The notes below the pieces were generated by a model that did not search any database, was not told the origin of the DNA, and saw nothing but the letters and a program-made list of their open reading frames with translations. Source: Octopus bimaculoides (Eukaryota). Taken from it: 48,975 nucleotides of DNA. The stretch spans positions 78,716,729-78,765,703 of the forward strand of contig NC_068985.1 of assembly GCF_001194135.2 (NCBI RefSeq). The letters are read 5' to 3'. Positions within the stretch are counted from its first letter, which is position 1, and the number at the start of each line of letters is the position of its first letter. Positions 23,398 through 36,050 of the stretch are shown one piece after another. A program made the position numbers and the translations under genes.

Positions 23398-23687
23398 GAA
23401 GTCGTTATCTTGAATTTGCGGCAGTGAAGAGAAAAAGGGTGAAAAGGGGATTTTTAGGTTAAGCGGGAGTTGTTTGAAGTTTTTTTTTAAATGCTGTACC
23501 TATTTGTGTTCGGGGAATTCTGTATTTTAATTAGATAAAAAAAAAATTCTAGTTATAGTAATTGCAATTGCAGCGTTCCTCAATTGTAAACCAATCTTAT
23601 TAATAAACCCTCGTAATGAGTGGAATATTAATGATGAAAACAGTAAAGATTGAGAAAGCCAACTCAATTGATTTATGTGTAATGATG

Positions 23688-23725
<38 letters not shown>

Positions 23726-23726
23726 G

Positions 23727-24182
23727 TTTATGAATTTGTTTTGCAAAATTCTTGATGTGAAATCGTGTGTTGAAACAGATATTGTTATACTTGGGGATGG
23801 TCGTATTTTGCCAATTAAACATACACATATATTTGGTCTTTAGTTTAGCTTTGTAATAATTTTATAATAATTATTTTTGTTTCTTTGTCAAAGCTCTTTC
23901 GTCACACATCCTGCCACCTCTTTAGTGACTCTTTATCCTATGTGTCACCTCTTGTTCTGTTTAGTCCATTTTCTGAAGTCGTTGATTGGTCAGAAGAAAA
24001 AAAATGTGTACGGATAATCCTGTAGTAATAGGAGGATCTCAAGGCATATTTTATGTCAATTGTTGAAAAGGAAAAGCATTACATGGTACATTCTCTAAAT
24101 CACACACACACACACACACACGCATGTGCGCAGACTAGCAGTGGTACCTGGCATTGTCTGAGTACCTCAACTAGTGTGTGTG

Positions 24183-24231
<49 letters not shown>

Positions 24232-24745
24232 ATGTGCGTATGTGTATGTTAATGGGTATCACCAAAAAATTAGCATGCGGTTTCAAATAATTTATTCTTT
24301 TATTGTTTCGTATTTAAACTTTTAAAAATATTCAAGTCTTTTAAAATATTCAGTTTGATTCAATGAATCAAACTGTTATTTTTTGTAAAAATCAAAATAT
24401 ATTCAAGTGTTAGAAAAATCAACTGATTTATAGTGCATAAAACTCGAGTGTTTTAGAAATATAAATAAATTTAAATGGGAAACAATTAAAGAATACGTTT
24501 ATGCATTTGTTTTGCAGGATTCTTGATGTGAAATTGTGCGTTGAACTAGTTATTATTATATTCAAGAATGGTCATTTTCTTTTTCATTTGCAAATTAGCC
24601 ACACACATTATATACTTATTCTTCACTTCAGTTTTATATTTACTTATTTTAGTGTCCTTTGTCTGAAATCTTTCATCACACATCCTGTGACCTCCTCAAC
24701 CTCTCTCCATCGCACGTGTCTCCTGTTCTATTTAGTCCGTTCTGT
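23727..24745. repeat. Two diverged copies of a ~250-bp sequence (23727-23975, 24495-24745)
   Basis: Shared TTTATGxATTTGTTTTGCAxxATTCTTGATGTGAAAT...TCACACATCCTG...TTTAGTCC. Confidence 0.7.
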
Positions 24746-26161
24746 CTTTTTAACAGAAAGACAATTACAGAATATATTATTTTCTATTTTATATGGTATT
24801 TAAAGTAGTAAACTAACTTTTTGACGGTATGACTTTTAAATGTAGAATTTTAATAATGACAGGGTTCCAAATACATACTCTCCTCTCCCCAATTCTCCAT
24901 ATATACAGACAAAACTTCGATTTTCTGGAACCTTTGATTCCAAAGCTCTCCAGTTTTTCTAATTCGTGAGTGGTCGCTTTGGTCAACATGTTCTAAATTA
25001 AACATATATAAAATTGACTTAAATAATCGAATGAAATACAGGCTCTTACACATTAGTATAAATGATAAAAGTTTATTAATACTGTATTGTGCAAAGTACT
25101 AGCTTGTGCAAAATACTGGTGAGATAGTCTGCGGCTGTGGGAACTTGAAGTTTCTTGCNNNNNNNNNNNNNNNNNNNNNNNNNNNNNNNNNNNNNNNNNN
25201 NNNNNNNNNNNNNNNNNNNNNNNNNNNNNNNNNNNNNNNNNNNNNNNNNNNNNNNNNNNNNNNNNNNNNNNNNNNNNNNNNNNNNNNNNNNNNNNNNNNN
25301 NNNNNNNNNNNNNNNNNNNNNNNNNNNNNNNNNNNNNNNNNNNNNNNNNNNNNNNNNNNNNNNNNNNNNNNNNNNNNNNNNNNNNNNNNNNNNNNNNNNN
25401 NNNNNNNNNNNNNNNNNNNNNNNNNNNNNNNNNNNNNNNNNNNNNNNNNNNNNNNNNNNNNNNNNNNNNNNNNNNNNNNNNNNNNNNNNNNNNNNNNNNN
25501 NNNNNNNNNNNNNNNNNNNNNNNNNNNNNNNNNNNNNNNNNNNNNNNNNNNNNNNNNNNNNNNNNNNNNNNNNNNNNNNNNNNNNNNNNNNNNNNNNNNN
25601 NNNNNNNNNNNNNNNNNNNNNNNNNNNNNNNNNTATATATATATATATATGTATGTATATATATCCACATTTAGGTGGCAAATACACTTCACGATGTCAT
25701 GCTGCTACTGTTTATATTTCACCCGGAGAGTTATTATTGTTTATATATAACTTTTAAATTTGTTTACAGGAAATGTTTTGAATATGCAAATAAGGCTCCT
25801 GTTCCATTATGCCAGCTACAGTCTAATGATGCTGACGGTGAACTAGTTTTTTGCAGCTGATGGCTGTAGTGGCTGTACCTGCTGACCTGTTTGCTTCAGA
25901 CTTCATTGAAAATAGTCATGCCTTAAATGAGATCGAACAAAGAAATATAGTACCCATCCTTGACATCTGCAGACTGAATAGTAAAATGAGTCCATTACCA
26001 CACACACCTCCATTCCCATATAACTACCGTTTCTTCCTTTCTTTTCATCACCTTCCCCTCCTCCCCACCAAATACACATAGAAACACCCACATACCTCAA
26101 ACAACCTTCTCACTGGTCGAAAGGGATAAACAACCTTCAGTTAAACATCCACTAATGCTAT

Positions 26162-26297
26162 ATCGCCTGAAGAAATGAATCCACAAAGATGATCTGCCTG
26201 ATGCCCACGGATACTATGGACTATACTGTAATCATCCCAGGAATACGGACTGTGATCTTAAGAGATTCATGTGATTTGTGGAAACGCGCGTAGCAAC
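26162..26297 (+). ncRNA. Hammerhead-like motif with very long stem II domain
   Basis: CTGAAGA at 26167-26173; GAAAC-GCGC-GTA at 26281-26292 (palindromic ACGCGCGT); stem I weak; intervening ATGAATC/GATTCAT and CACAAA/TTTGTG helices. Confidence 0.5.
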
Positions 26298-26686
26298 GCA
26301 ATGAAATACTTATAAATTACATCTAAGGATTATTGTTATTATTACTATGTGTGTGTGTATGTGTGTGTGTGTGTGTGTGTATTATCAGATGAGTGAGAAA
26401 CTGTGCATGAGTAAGAAGAGAGATCAAAGACAGTGAGGATGAAAAGAACAGAGCCTGATGTGACAAACTGATGACGTTTCTGTAATTCACACTAACACTT
26501 ACTCAACTACTATTCTATTGAAACTCTCATTCTCTTTGCATCTCCTTTCTTGAATCATCCCTATTTTGCTCTCAGGAGACCTTGGACCAGGATATCTTCT
26601 ATTCATGAATTATTCTTGGCTACATCTGGATCTCCTTGGGAAATTTGATAAATATTCATTAAGAAATGGCGACATTGTTTCAAGCG

Positions 26687-26726
<40 letters not shown>

Positions 26727-27486
26727 TGCACTCACATATGCACATTCATTAGGTGGTACGATGCAGAGTAAAACGGTGCTTTAGAAAACTTGAACAAAGT
26801 TGAAGGCTTATCACAGAAAGAATATTTTACCCTTGTGTTCTGTTTGTTTTCTGGGTTTATACATACGTACATACATACAGTTATGTATATATGNNNNNNN
26901 NNNNNNNNNNNNNNNNNNNNNNNNNNNNNNNNNNNNNNNNNNNNNNNNNNNNNNNNNNNNNNNNNNNNNNNNNNNNNNNNNNNNNNNNNNNNNNNNNNNN
27001 NNNNNNNNNNNNNNNNNNNNNNNNNNNNNNNNNNNNNNNNNNNNNNNNNNNNNNNNNNNNNNNNNNNNNNNNNNNNNNNNNNNNNNNNNNNNNNNNNNNN
27101 NNNNNNNNNNNNNNNNNNNNNNNNNNNNNNNNNNNNNNNNNNNNNNNNNNNNNNNNNNNNNNNNNNNNNNNNNNNNNNNNNNNNNNNNNNNNNNNNNNNN
27201 NNNNNNNNNNNNNNNNNNNNNNNNNNNNNNNNNNNNNNNNNNNNNNNNNNNNNNNNNNNNNNNNNNNNNNNNNNNNNNNNNNNNNNNNNNNNNNNNNNNN
27301 NNNNNNNNNNNNNNNNNNNNNNNNNNNNNNNNNNNNNNNNNNNNNNNNNNNNNNNNNNNNNNNNNNNNNNNNNNNNNNNNNNNNNNNNNNNNNNNNNNNN
27401 NNNNNNNNNNNNNNNNNNNNNNNNNNNNNNNNNNNNNNNNNNNNNNNNNNNNNNNNNNNNNNNNNNNNNNNNNNNNNNNNNNNNNN

Positions 27487-27535
<49 letters not shown>

Positions 27536-27948
27536 GAATTATTAGTGAGGGATTATCAATCCGGGCAAAATACTTTCTAAGCTGTCTGTTAGAACATCAG
27601 GCTAACAATATTGCTTAGATTAGTGAAGAACTCTGCGTATTCTTGTGACATAGTCTGAGGTTATAGCTCATCACCACTCTATACGGTAAATTCATCGCTG
27701 TGTTTCAGTTATACTGGTTTTTACACGGAGTATATACAAGACAAGGCATAAATAATGGTCATTACATATTTTCCTTTATTGTAATAAATTTGACTTACAG
27801 ATGTTTCCATTAGTCATTATAGGTTCGTTATTGATAAGTTTACTCAATCGGCTGACTGATCGATTGCAAAAAATTGAGCGACCTAGAAAGTTAATTAGAA
27901 AATTACCATTTTCAAATGTCATGTGAAATATTCAGCAACAGTACTTTG

Positions 27949-28250
27949 TAGTAAAGATTGTTTGCCAACATAACATGGCAGTCCTGGATTAGGACTAATG
28001 TTGCTGTAATTTAGCCCCAGGAGACATCATCTCCTGTTGGCTATACAACATGATCTGTGTCCTTATATTTTCGAACAAGGGAATCTAGCATCTCCACTCA
28101 GCTCAAAACAATATCCCAGAAATCGCGATACACAGATATTGTTTTGAGCTGTGTGGAGATGCTAGATTCCTTTGTTCGAAAATACAAGGACACAGCAACA
28201 TTCATCCTAAACCAGGACTGCCATGTTATGTTGGCAAACAATCTTTGCTA
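27949..28250. mobile_element. Fold-back MITE, nearly fully palindromic, TA-flanked
   Basis: AAAGATTGTTTGCCAACATAACATGGCAGTCCTGG... pairs with ...CCAGGACTGCCATGTTATGTTGGCAAACAATCTTT; 19-nt central spacer at 28116-28134; 51-bp insertion in the left arm. Confidence 0.85.
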
Positions 28251-28617
28251 GAAAGTTAATGTTGCTGTCGTCAAAGTCATTTCTCGCTATAACCGAGCAG
28301 AACACTGAAAGAATGACACAGGCATGGGGACGGGGGCGAAGAGAGGCAACTTACTTTATACTTATTCTTATTGCTTCTCTTCACTCTCCTCCCTATGCCT
28401 GTACAATTCACTCAGTGTTCCCCCTGCTCACAATCAGAAATGAATCTCAAGAAAAGTAGCATTAACTTTCAAGGTTTCACAATATGTCTCAACCAATCAG
28501 TCGGTCGATCGAGTAAACCTATCAATAACGAACCTATAATGACTAATGAAAACATCTGTAAGTCAAATTTATTACAATAAAGAAAAAAACATGTAATGAC
28601 AATTATTTATGCGTTGT

Positions 28618-28656
<39 letters not shown>

Positions 28657-29074
28657 TTGCTATTTTGCAAAAGTGTCGTAAGTCCAAAATGTTGCTTTTT
28701 CAGAAAACAAAAAAAAAAAAAAATTGTTTCACCATTCCATAGCAAAACTGGTTTACTACATTGATAAATTTTGATATCTTGACATCTGAAGCAGCTGGAG
28801 ATAAGATAGTTTGAACAAAAGAACCAGCTATTGCAAGCAAAAATAAATATTGAAAGAAACGCATTTGACCAAATTTGGACATACAACAGTTTAACATAAT
28901 AGCAATGCTGTATATATGTGTGTGTGTTTGTGTGTGTGTGTGCGTGTGTGTGCGTGTGTATGTATATATGTATGCATATATGTAAGTATATATACATGTG
29001 CGTGTGTGTGTATATGTGTGTATATATGTATGTATGTATGTATGTATTTATATATGTATGTATATATGTATGTA

Positions 29075-30360
29075 TTGGGTCATCCCATAAATAAAGCGGC
29101 TTTTTTCAATTGCATGAATTGAAAGTCGGAGGGGGATGGGATAAACTACCTGCATCAACTTGCTATAAAAGCAGGTAGTAATTTTACATTGTCCTTATTC
29201 TTAGTGCAAGTTTTGAAGAGTGCAATTCGATTTTAACAGTTATTTTTTCAAAGCTATAATGGAAGTGACTAAGGAGCATATTCGGCATATTTTGCTTTAT
29301 GAGTTCAATAAAGGCAACAACGCAATGGAACGTGTGAGGAATATTAATGCAATATATTGGGATTGGACAATAAGCGTAAGCCAGTGTCAAAAGTAGTTCC
29401 AGAAATTCCGAGCCGGAAACTACAGCCTAGAAGATGAACCTTATCCTGGAAGATCTGTAGAGCTCGACGAGAACATCCTGCAAACCCTGGTGGAACAAAA
29501 TCCCATCGTAACTGTTGAGAAACTAGCAGAGCAGCTTGGATTTGGTCATTCAACCATTCATTGACACCTGCGTGTCATCGGAAGTCAGCAAATTGGGTCA
29601 ATGGGTTCCTCACAAACTTTCCAAGACTAATGCAGAGAGTGAATGTTATGCTCTTCTTTGCTGTCATGTCTCACCACGAATGAACTTTTTTTCGACTGAA
29701 TAATGACTGGTGATGAGAAATGGGTTCTCTATAAAAATTGTAAGCGCCGAAGACAGTGGGTAGGGAAAGGAGAAACACCAGCACCCCACACTAAAGAAGG
29801 TCTTCATCCATGTAAGGTGTTGTTATCTGTTTGGTGGGATATGAAAGGTTTAGTCCAATTTGAACTTTTAAACCCAAACCAAATGATAACAAAGGAGATC
29901 TATTGCGAGCAGCTTTGAGTGGCGTAAGTCAGTGCTAGAAGGAAAAGGACCATCTTTGGTTTCAAGATGAAAGGTGTTCTTATCTCAGGATAATGCTCAG
30001 CCACATACAGAGAAGATAACATTTCAAAGGCTGGAGCAGTTTGAATGGGAAATGATGCCCCAACCACCATATTCGCCGGACACTGCCTCGTCTGATTATC
30101 ATTTATTCCGCAGTCTTCAAAATCATTTGGATGGAAAAAATATGAATTCTGTAGATGAGGTCAGAACAGTACTGGAGGAGTATTTTTCGTCATGGGCAAG
30201 TGAATTTTAGAAGAGGGGGCCTTGCAAGTCTACCAGATAGATGGAAGAGCATTGTAGAAAATGAAGGAGAGTATATTTTAGATTAAAAAAGAATTTTGTT
30301 TATCTTAATTTTGAAAAATAAAAGTACAAAAAAACCCATATTATTTATAGGATGACCCAC
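29075..30360 (+). mobile_element. Full-length defective mariner (DD34D), 1286 bp, TA TSD
   Basis: Imperfect TIRs TTGGGTCATCCCATAAATAA / TTATTTATAGGATGACCCAC with TA on both sides; transposase motifs intact enough to read. Confidence 0.95.
29259..30286 (+). pseudogene. mariner transposase pseudogene
   Basis: MEVTKEHIRHILLYEF...; TGDEKW, WWD, QDNAQPH, PPYSPDTASSDYHLF, EGEYILD*; several stops and frameshifts. Confidence 0.92.
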
Positions 30361-30813
30361 TATATATGTGTGCGAGNNNNNNNNNNNNNNNNNNNNNNNN
30401 NNNNNNNGTGTGTGTGTGTGTGTGTGTGTGTGTGTGCATATACATACAACTGAATGAAGAACAATATTGGATGAGTATATTGAATGAAAATGTCTACAAA
30501 CGACTCTCTCGCAGTAACAGATTGGAAAAAATATATATATGTCTTTCTGTTTTTGTATTTCTCTCTTTCTTTTCTGTGTTTCTTTTTTGTTAAAGCTGTT
30601 TTATACTTTTTCTTACTTTCTTCCTCTTTTTTTTCTCTTTCTCTTTGCTGTGCTGTTGCATTCTTCTTTTCTATTCTTTTCTATATTTCTGAAAAGGTTT
30701 GTAACATCTAGGAGAATAAAACGATGTGATGATGATGATGATGTTGATGGTGATGATAGACTTGTTGATAAAAAGAAAAACGAAATAAGAGAACTGAGAA
30801 CAGGGAAATATCT

Positions 30814-30844
<31 letters not shown>

Positions 30845-30968
30845 TGTTGTTATTGTGGTATGAACAGTTATGATAGTTCTTTGTGTCATGTTAAAACACT
30901 CTCCCTTCAGACATGCTCAGTGACACACACACATTCCCCTCCACACACTCACTCACATACACAAACAC

Positions 30969-31006
<38 letters not shown>

Positions 31007-31499
31007 GCTGTATATGTATATATATATACACACAAATATATAAAATATATATATGCATGTATGTATAGCTCTGTATGTGTTTGTCGGTGTGTATGTGAGT
31101 GTGTGTAGGGAGCACCTCCCTCTCTCTCTCTCTCTATATATATATACATACACACACATACAGACGCTAGATCAATAGTATTGATTGATAAACGCTGTTA
31201 AAATATATTGAAGCAATAGGTCAGTGAATTTGGTGTAGAGGGCAGTGTTGTAGCTTATTCTTTCAGTGACTCCAGACAGTCGATACTGGCCATGCTGGGG
31301 CACTGCCAAAATTTATTATAACTAGTTCTTGCATCCCTCTCAATGTGCCGATGTTGATGTAATGACCAAAACGATGGTGGCAGCGGCGGCGATAAATAGT
31401 AGTAGTAGTAGTAGTGGTGGGGGTGGTGGTGACGACAAGCCCCAGGCCGGTTGTGGTCGTGCCACTCTACGTATAGTGTGTAAGCTGTCGATTGAATGA

Positions 31500-31589
31500 T
31501 GTTACTCTCCTTTCACCCTTTCGTGAACTTACTAGCTCAACCTCCTGACCCTCTGTCCCTATTCTTTCTTATATTCACCTTCTTGTATC
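31500..31589. repeat. ~90-bp inverted repeat with partner at 33408-33497
   Basis: GATACAAGAAGGTGAATATAAGAAAGAATAGGGACAGAGGGTCAGGAGG matches perfectly in opposite orientation; flanks more diverged. Confidence 0.85.
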
Positions 31590-32480
31590 CATTATCCTAC
31601 AGATCCATTATCGTCGTTATACCATGTCTCTATCTAGCTGAGGATCATATTACACATTACTCCGGTGTGCAGTGCTGACTTGTATGGGAGTGAGGGAGGG
31701 GACAGTATGATAGTCTGAATATGTTACGCTTACTCCACTGTCCAGTCCATGCCTATAAGTCTCAAAGATTCTGAAGTTAGCTACAGTGGAGATGGTCTTG
31801 AAAGATTACCATGAGCGTGTAACAATTGAAGAGTTCTCTCTACCTTATTTTGTCACTATTTAAAAGCCAGTTGTTTTACTGCATGTACTGGGTACATTTT
31901 GTCGAGCCTCTACGAGACTAAGAAGTAATTTGTGGTAAAGACAACATACATTTATAACTGCTTTGAACTGTACATATTCTCTGTTTAATCAACTCTAACA
32001 TGATTAATAATCTGATTCTGCTAACTGTATTGAGTCTAACCATCATTAATGCTTTTTTTATAAATTGATTTATAACAAATGCTACATTTACATATAAATA
32101 CATGTATTTGTGTGTGTACATGTATATACTCTTTCACTGACTAACAAACATCATTTTTTCACTCAATTTCATTTTACTTCTCCTATTGTAATACACTTAT
32201 CCACTATTTCTTGTTTCACAACCTCCTACTTTGACACTCTCCTGTGCATTGTAGGAAATGAATATTAATAGCTATTTATCATAAGTGGATAGTATTTTAT
32301 TTAATCACATCACCAAATAATTATATCATTAAACATATTATTTAATTTACTTAATGGCAACTAATGTATTATATATAAATCAGGATAACTGTTTATGTTA
32401 TATCTTGACAAGCTTCTATATATAGCGATTTAGATTAAAAGTTTTATGAACACCTAAGGATAGTACATATATATTGTTTG

Positions 32481-32832
32481 GTCAGGCGGTACTGGCCGTT
32501 GCCAGTACTGCCTGACTGGCCTTGTAGGATTTTCGAGTGAGATCGTTGCCAGTGCCCCTGGACTGGCTCTTGTGCAGGTGGCACATAAAATACACCATTT
32601 TGAGCATGGCCATTGCCAGTACCGCCTGACTGGCCTTCGTGCGGGTGACACGTAAAGGCACCCACTACACTCTCTGAGTGGTTGGCATTAGGAAGGGCAT
32701 CCAGCTGTAGAAACTCTGCCAAATCAGATTGGAGCCTGGTGTTGCCATCCGGTTTCACCAGTCCTCAGTCAAATCGTCCAACCCATGCTAGCATGGAAAG
32801 CAGACGTTAAACGATGATGATGATGATGATGA
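32481..32832 (+). mobile_element. 5'-truncated SINE family V with fold-back junction
   Basis: Colinear with 21940-22215; starts with GTCAGGCGGTACTGGC-CGTT-GCCAGTACTGCCTGAC. Confidence 0.85.
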
Positions 32833-33019
32833 TTGTTTGGTGAGGGATGATTATCTCAAAACAAACCTGTAAGAAGAAACCCAATTATTGTTCTGTTTAC
32901 TTTTAAGTAAACAGAACAAAAATAACAGGGTGTTTTCACATCATCTCAAGGTTTAATAATAGTAGATTTCTTTATATTATACGTGTTTCAGGTATTTTGC
33001 TGTGTTCTAATCCCCCTCC

Positions 33020-33172
33020 TCATCATTTAATGCCTGTGTTCTATGTTGGCATAGGTTGGACTATTCGATGTGATCTGGTGAACCAGAGTACTATGGGCAA
33101 GCTCCACCGTCTGCTTTGGCATGATTGCTATCACTGTAAACACCTTCCTAATGCCAACTACTTTACAAAGTA
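33020..33172 (-). mobile_element. Degraded SINE family V 3' portion
   Basis: CATCATTTAATG...TGTTGGCATAGGTTGGAC...CCTTCCTAATGCCAAC is the reverse complement of the tail and core. Confidence 0.6.
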
Positions 33173-34264
33173 TACTGGGGATTTTTTTTTGTGACACTAT
33201 CACTAGTAGGGTCACCAAATAACTCACAAGACAAGACCCTTCGACTGAGTAGATGTGCAGTCTTGACAGAAGTGACTTTGTGCCAGGTGTTGAGAGGCTT
33301 AGATGTAATAGAATGACAAGATCATATGTCTTACTGTAAAGAAGATACGCGGCTACTCCAGTTGGAAAGAGAGATGATGGTGATGAGGTGTTAGGGCACA
33401 CCCTCAAGATACAAGAAGGTGAATATAAGAAAGAATAGGGACAGAGGGTCAGGAGGATGAGTGGGCAAGTTCACGAGAGTGTGAAAGGAGAGTGACAAAT
33501 GATTAGAGATGGGGGAAAGAGGGCAACTGAAGTGAATGATGAACATGGATGGAAGTGTAGTCAATAGTAAATATTACTTGGGGAGGAGGTGAAGGAAATA
33601 GGACTCGTTCAGGAGGAGGTAATAAGAGACAGTTCAAAAAGGTGAGGGTTGATAGCAACAGTATAATAAAACTATAGAAAGATGAGAAATGGAGAGATGA
33701 TGTGCCGTGTGTGTGGAGTTAGAGAGGGAAGCACAGTGAAAAATATTGAGGTCAGAGGTACGCAGGGGTGGAAATAGTGAGTATATATACTATTTAATAT
33801 ATATTAAGTATATTTTGTAAGACACACACACACACACACACACATACACGCACACACATATATATAATGTCATTTCGTTTACTTGCTCTTTAATTCTTTT
33901 TTTATGATTTTTAAATTATTTTTTCACACTATCAGTGATAGTGAGTAATGTTTTATTTGTGTGTGTGTGTGTGTGTCTGTGTGCACGCACACGTGTCTGT
34001 ATGTTTTCGACTGAAAATAAATATGCGTCTACTTCTCACATAAAGAATGATAAACAAAAAAATAAATAAATGATAAATTTATTTAATGACAGAAAAGAAT
34101 GAAAAGAAATATAAAAGAAANNNNNNNNNNNNNNNNNNNNNNNNNNNNNNNNNNNNNNNNNNNNNNNNNNNNNNNNNNNNNNNNNNNNNNNNNNNNNNNN
34201 NNNNNNNNNNNNNNNNNNNNNNNNNNNNNNNNNNNNNNNNNNNNNNNNNNNTATATATATATAT

Positions 34265-34305
<41 letters not shown>

Positions 34306-34692
34306 AGGAAAGAAAGAAAGAAATTAAAAAAGAAGGATAGAAATGAAGAAAGAGAAAAAATGAATGAAAGAAGGAAAGAAAGAAAGACAGAATTGTTGCA
34401 TGGTTTATACAAAGAAGTTCAGGAAATTAAGATTTCAAAGAATGAAAACCACGAAGACAGTCTGGCTGGAAACTTTTTCTTATACTTAAGAGATGAAATA
34501 CATTACAAAAGATAATAACGATGATGATGACAATGATGATGATGATGATGATTATGATCGTTATGGTGGTGGTGGTGGTGGTTCTTTTGGTGGTGGAAAT
34601 GGCGATGGTAATAGTGATGAAAATAATGATTGTTGATGTTCAGAATAATGGTCATGATGATGATGATAGCTGTGTATTTTGAAAAGATAACC

Positions 34693-34742
<50 letters not shown>

Positions 34743-35189
34743 TTATAAATAAGTATATATACACGCATAATATAAGAAGAGTAAATAATACGATGTCTTT
34801 AGAAATATGTTATATGGAGAAAAGCATATGTATTCGTTCATTCATATGTTTTCTTTTCCATGCAGGCATAAATAGAAGGAAGACTTATAAAGGCTGTATT
34901 TTTTAACTAACCATATACCTTTCCTGGTATCAATAGCAGTGTTGTGAATAAAGCTGACTTTGGTGGGACCCTGTTTGTAGCAAGAATAAGTTGTTCTATG
35001 CAACAGCTAGCATCACTGCTGATTTGTTGTGGCATGGCAGGATAGTTTACAGTGGGATCTGTCTCTTTGTACACATCCTTGAAACCTCATTATCATCTAA
35101 ACAAATACCTTCTGAAGATTATCAAAGAATAAAAAAATATTCCTTATTAGCGACGGAAGCAGCATTAGTTCAAAATAGCAATCATACTT

Positions 35190-35437
35190 AAAGTAGATAC
35201 ATCATTGAAAGCCGGTTAAACTGTGGTATTCTCCTCCAGAAGGCATCTCTTATAGACATGTAGTGTTTAAAAAGCACAGAAATGTAACAATATATCAACA
35301 GCAGATGAAAATCGCCCAGCAGAGATTTTTGTCTGCTGCTGATATATTTCTGTGTTTTTTAAAACTACACGTTTGCAAGAAATGCTTTCTCAGGAACAAA
35401 CTACATTTTAGCTGGCTTCCAACGATATATCTACTTT
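35190..35437. mobile_element. Old, diverged fold-back MITE
   Basis: AAAGTAGATACATC / GATATATCTACTTT ends; inner ATATATCAACAGCAGA / TCTGCTGCTGATATAT; arms pair along most of their length. Confidence 0.7.
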
Positions 35438-35544
35438 GAATATGATATACAGATTTCTATAATAAAAAGAATGCTTCTCACATTATAACCAATGAAGCAT
35501 CAATGCTTCCTACTAATATATTATCTTTAATAGATATTTTAACC

Positions 35545-36050
35545 CCTCTATCTATCAAGTTTCGCTGCCCACTATTCCTGAGAGAATCATGGGGATTGGA
35601 GTCCTTAGGCACCTCCTCTTTAGGATTCTATCAGAAGTAACTTTCATTAAACTTCCCTTCTGACTTCCCAAGTGTGATTAGTTGAGACTATAGATATTAT
35701 CCAGCCATATTGTTCTTGATCTACCCCTAGGTCTTCTGCTGGTGGTCTCACCTTGAAGAATCCATTTTGCAGTTCTTTTCTAAATAATTCTAATCACATG
35801 ACCGTGGAACCGGAGCTGTGACCTCTAAATGTGGAGAAGTAGCAGCTCGACCTAGAGAAAGAGAGAGAGAGAGAGAGAGATTCCCTGTTCTCCAAACTTG
35901 AACCCTGTCAAGTAACATTACTCCAGAGGCCCTTCAGAGGAACCCCACTTCGGTGACCTGTATTTGAAATCGTGCGTTACCCAGCATTCATGACTAAAGG
36001 TGAGGACAGGCATGAAAATCAATTTGAAAATATGACAACAATGATTAGAA
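35545..36050 (-). mobile_element. 5'-truncated RTE-clade LINE remnant with internal (AG)n
   Basis: IFKLIFMPVLT.SHECWV...QVTEVGFL.RASGVMLLDRV...LLLHI.RSQLRFHGHVIR...RRPRGRSRTIWLDNI. Confidence 0.8.

Noticed and set aside
24850-25053. Minus ORF faintly like a GIY-YIG C-terminus
   Set aside because: No diagnostic motif conserved.
25770-25837. Possible plus-strand exon (TTTACAG|GAAATG...GACG|GTGAAC; KCFEYANKAPVPLCQLQSNDAD)
   Set aside because: Short, isolated, no recognisable homology or partner exons.
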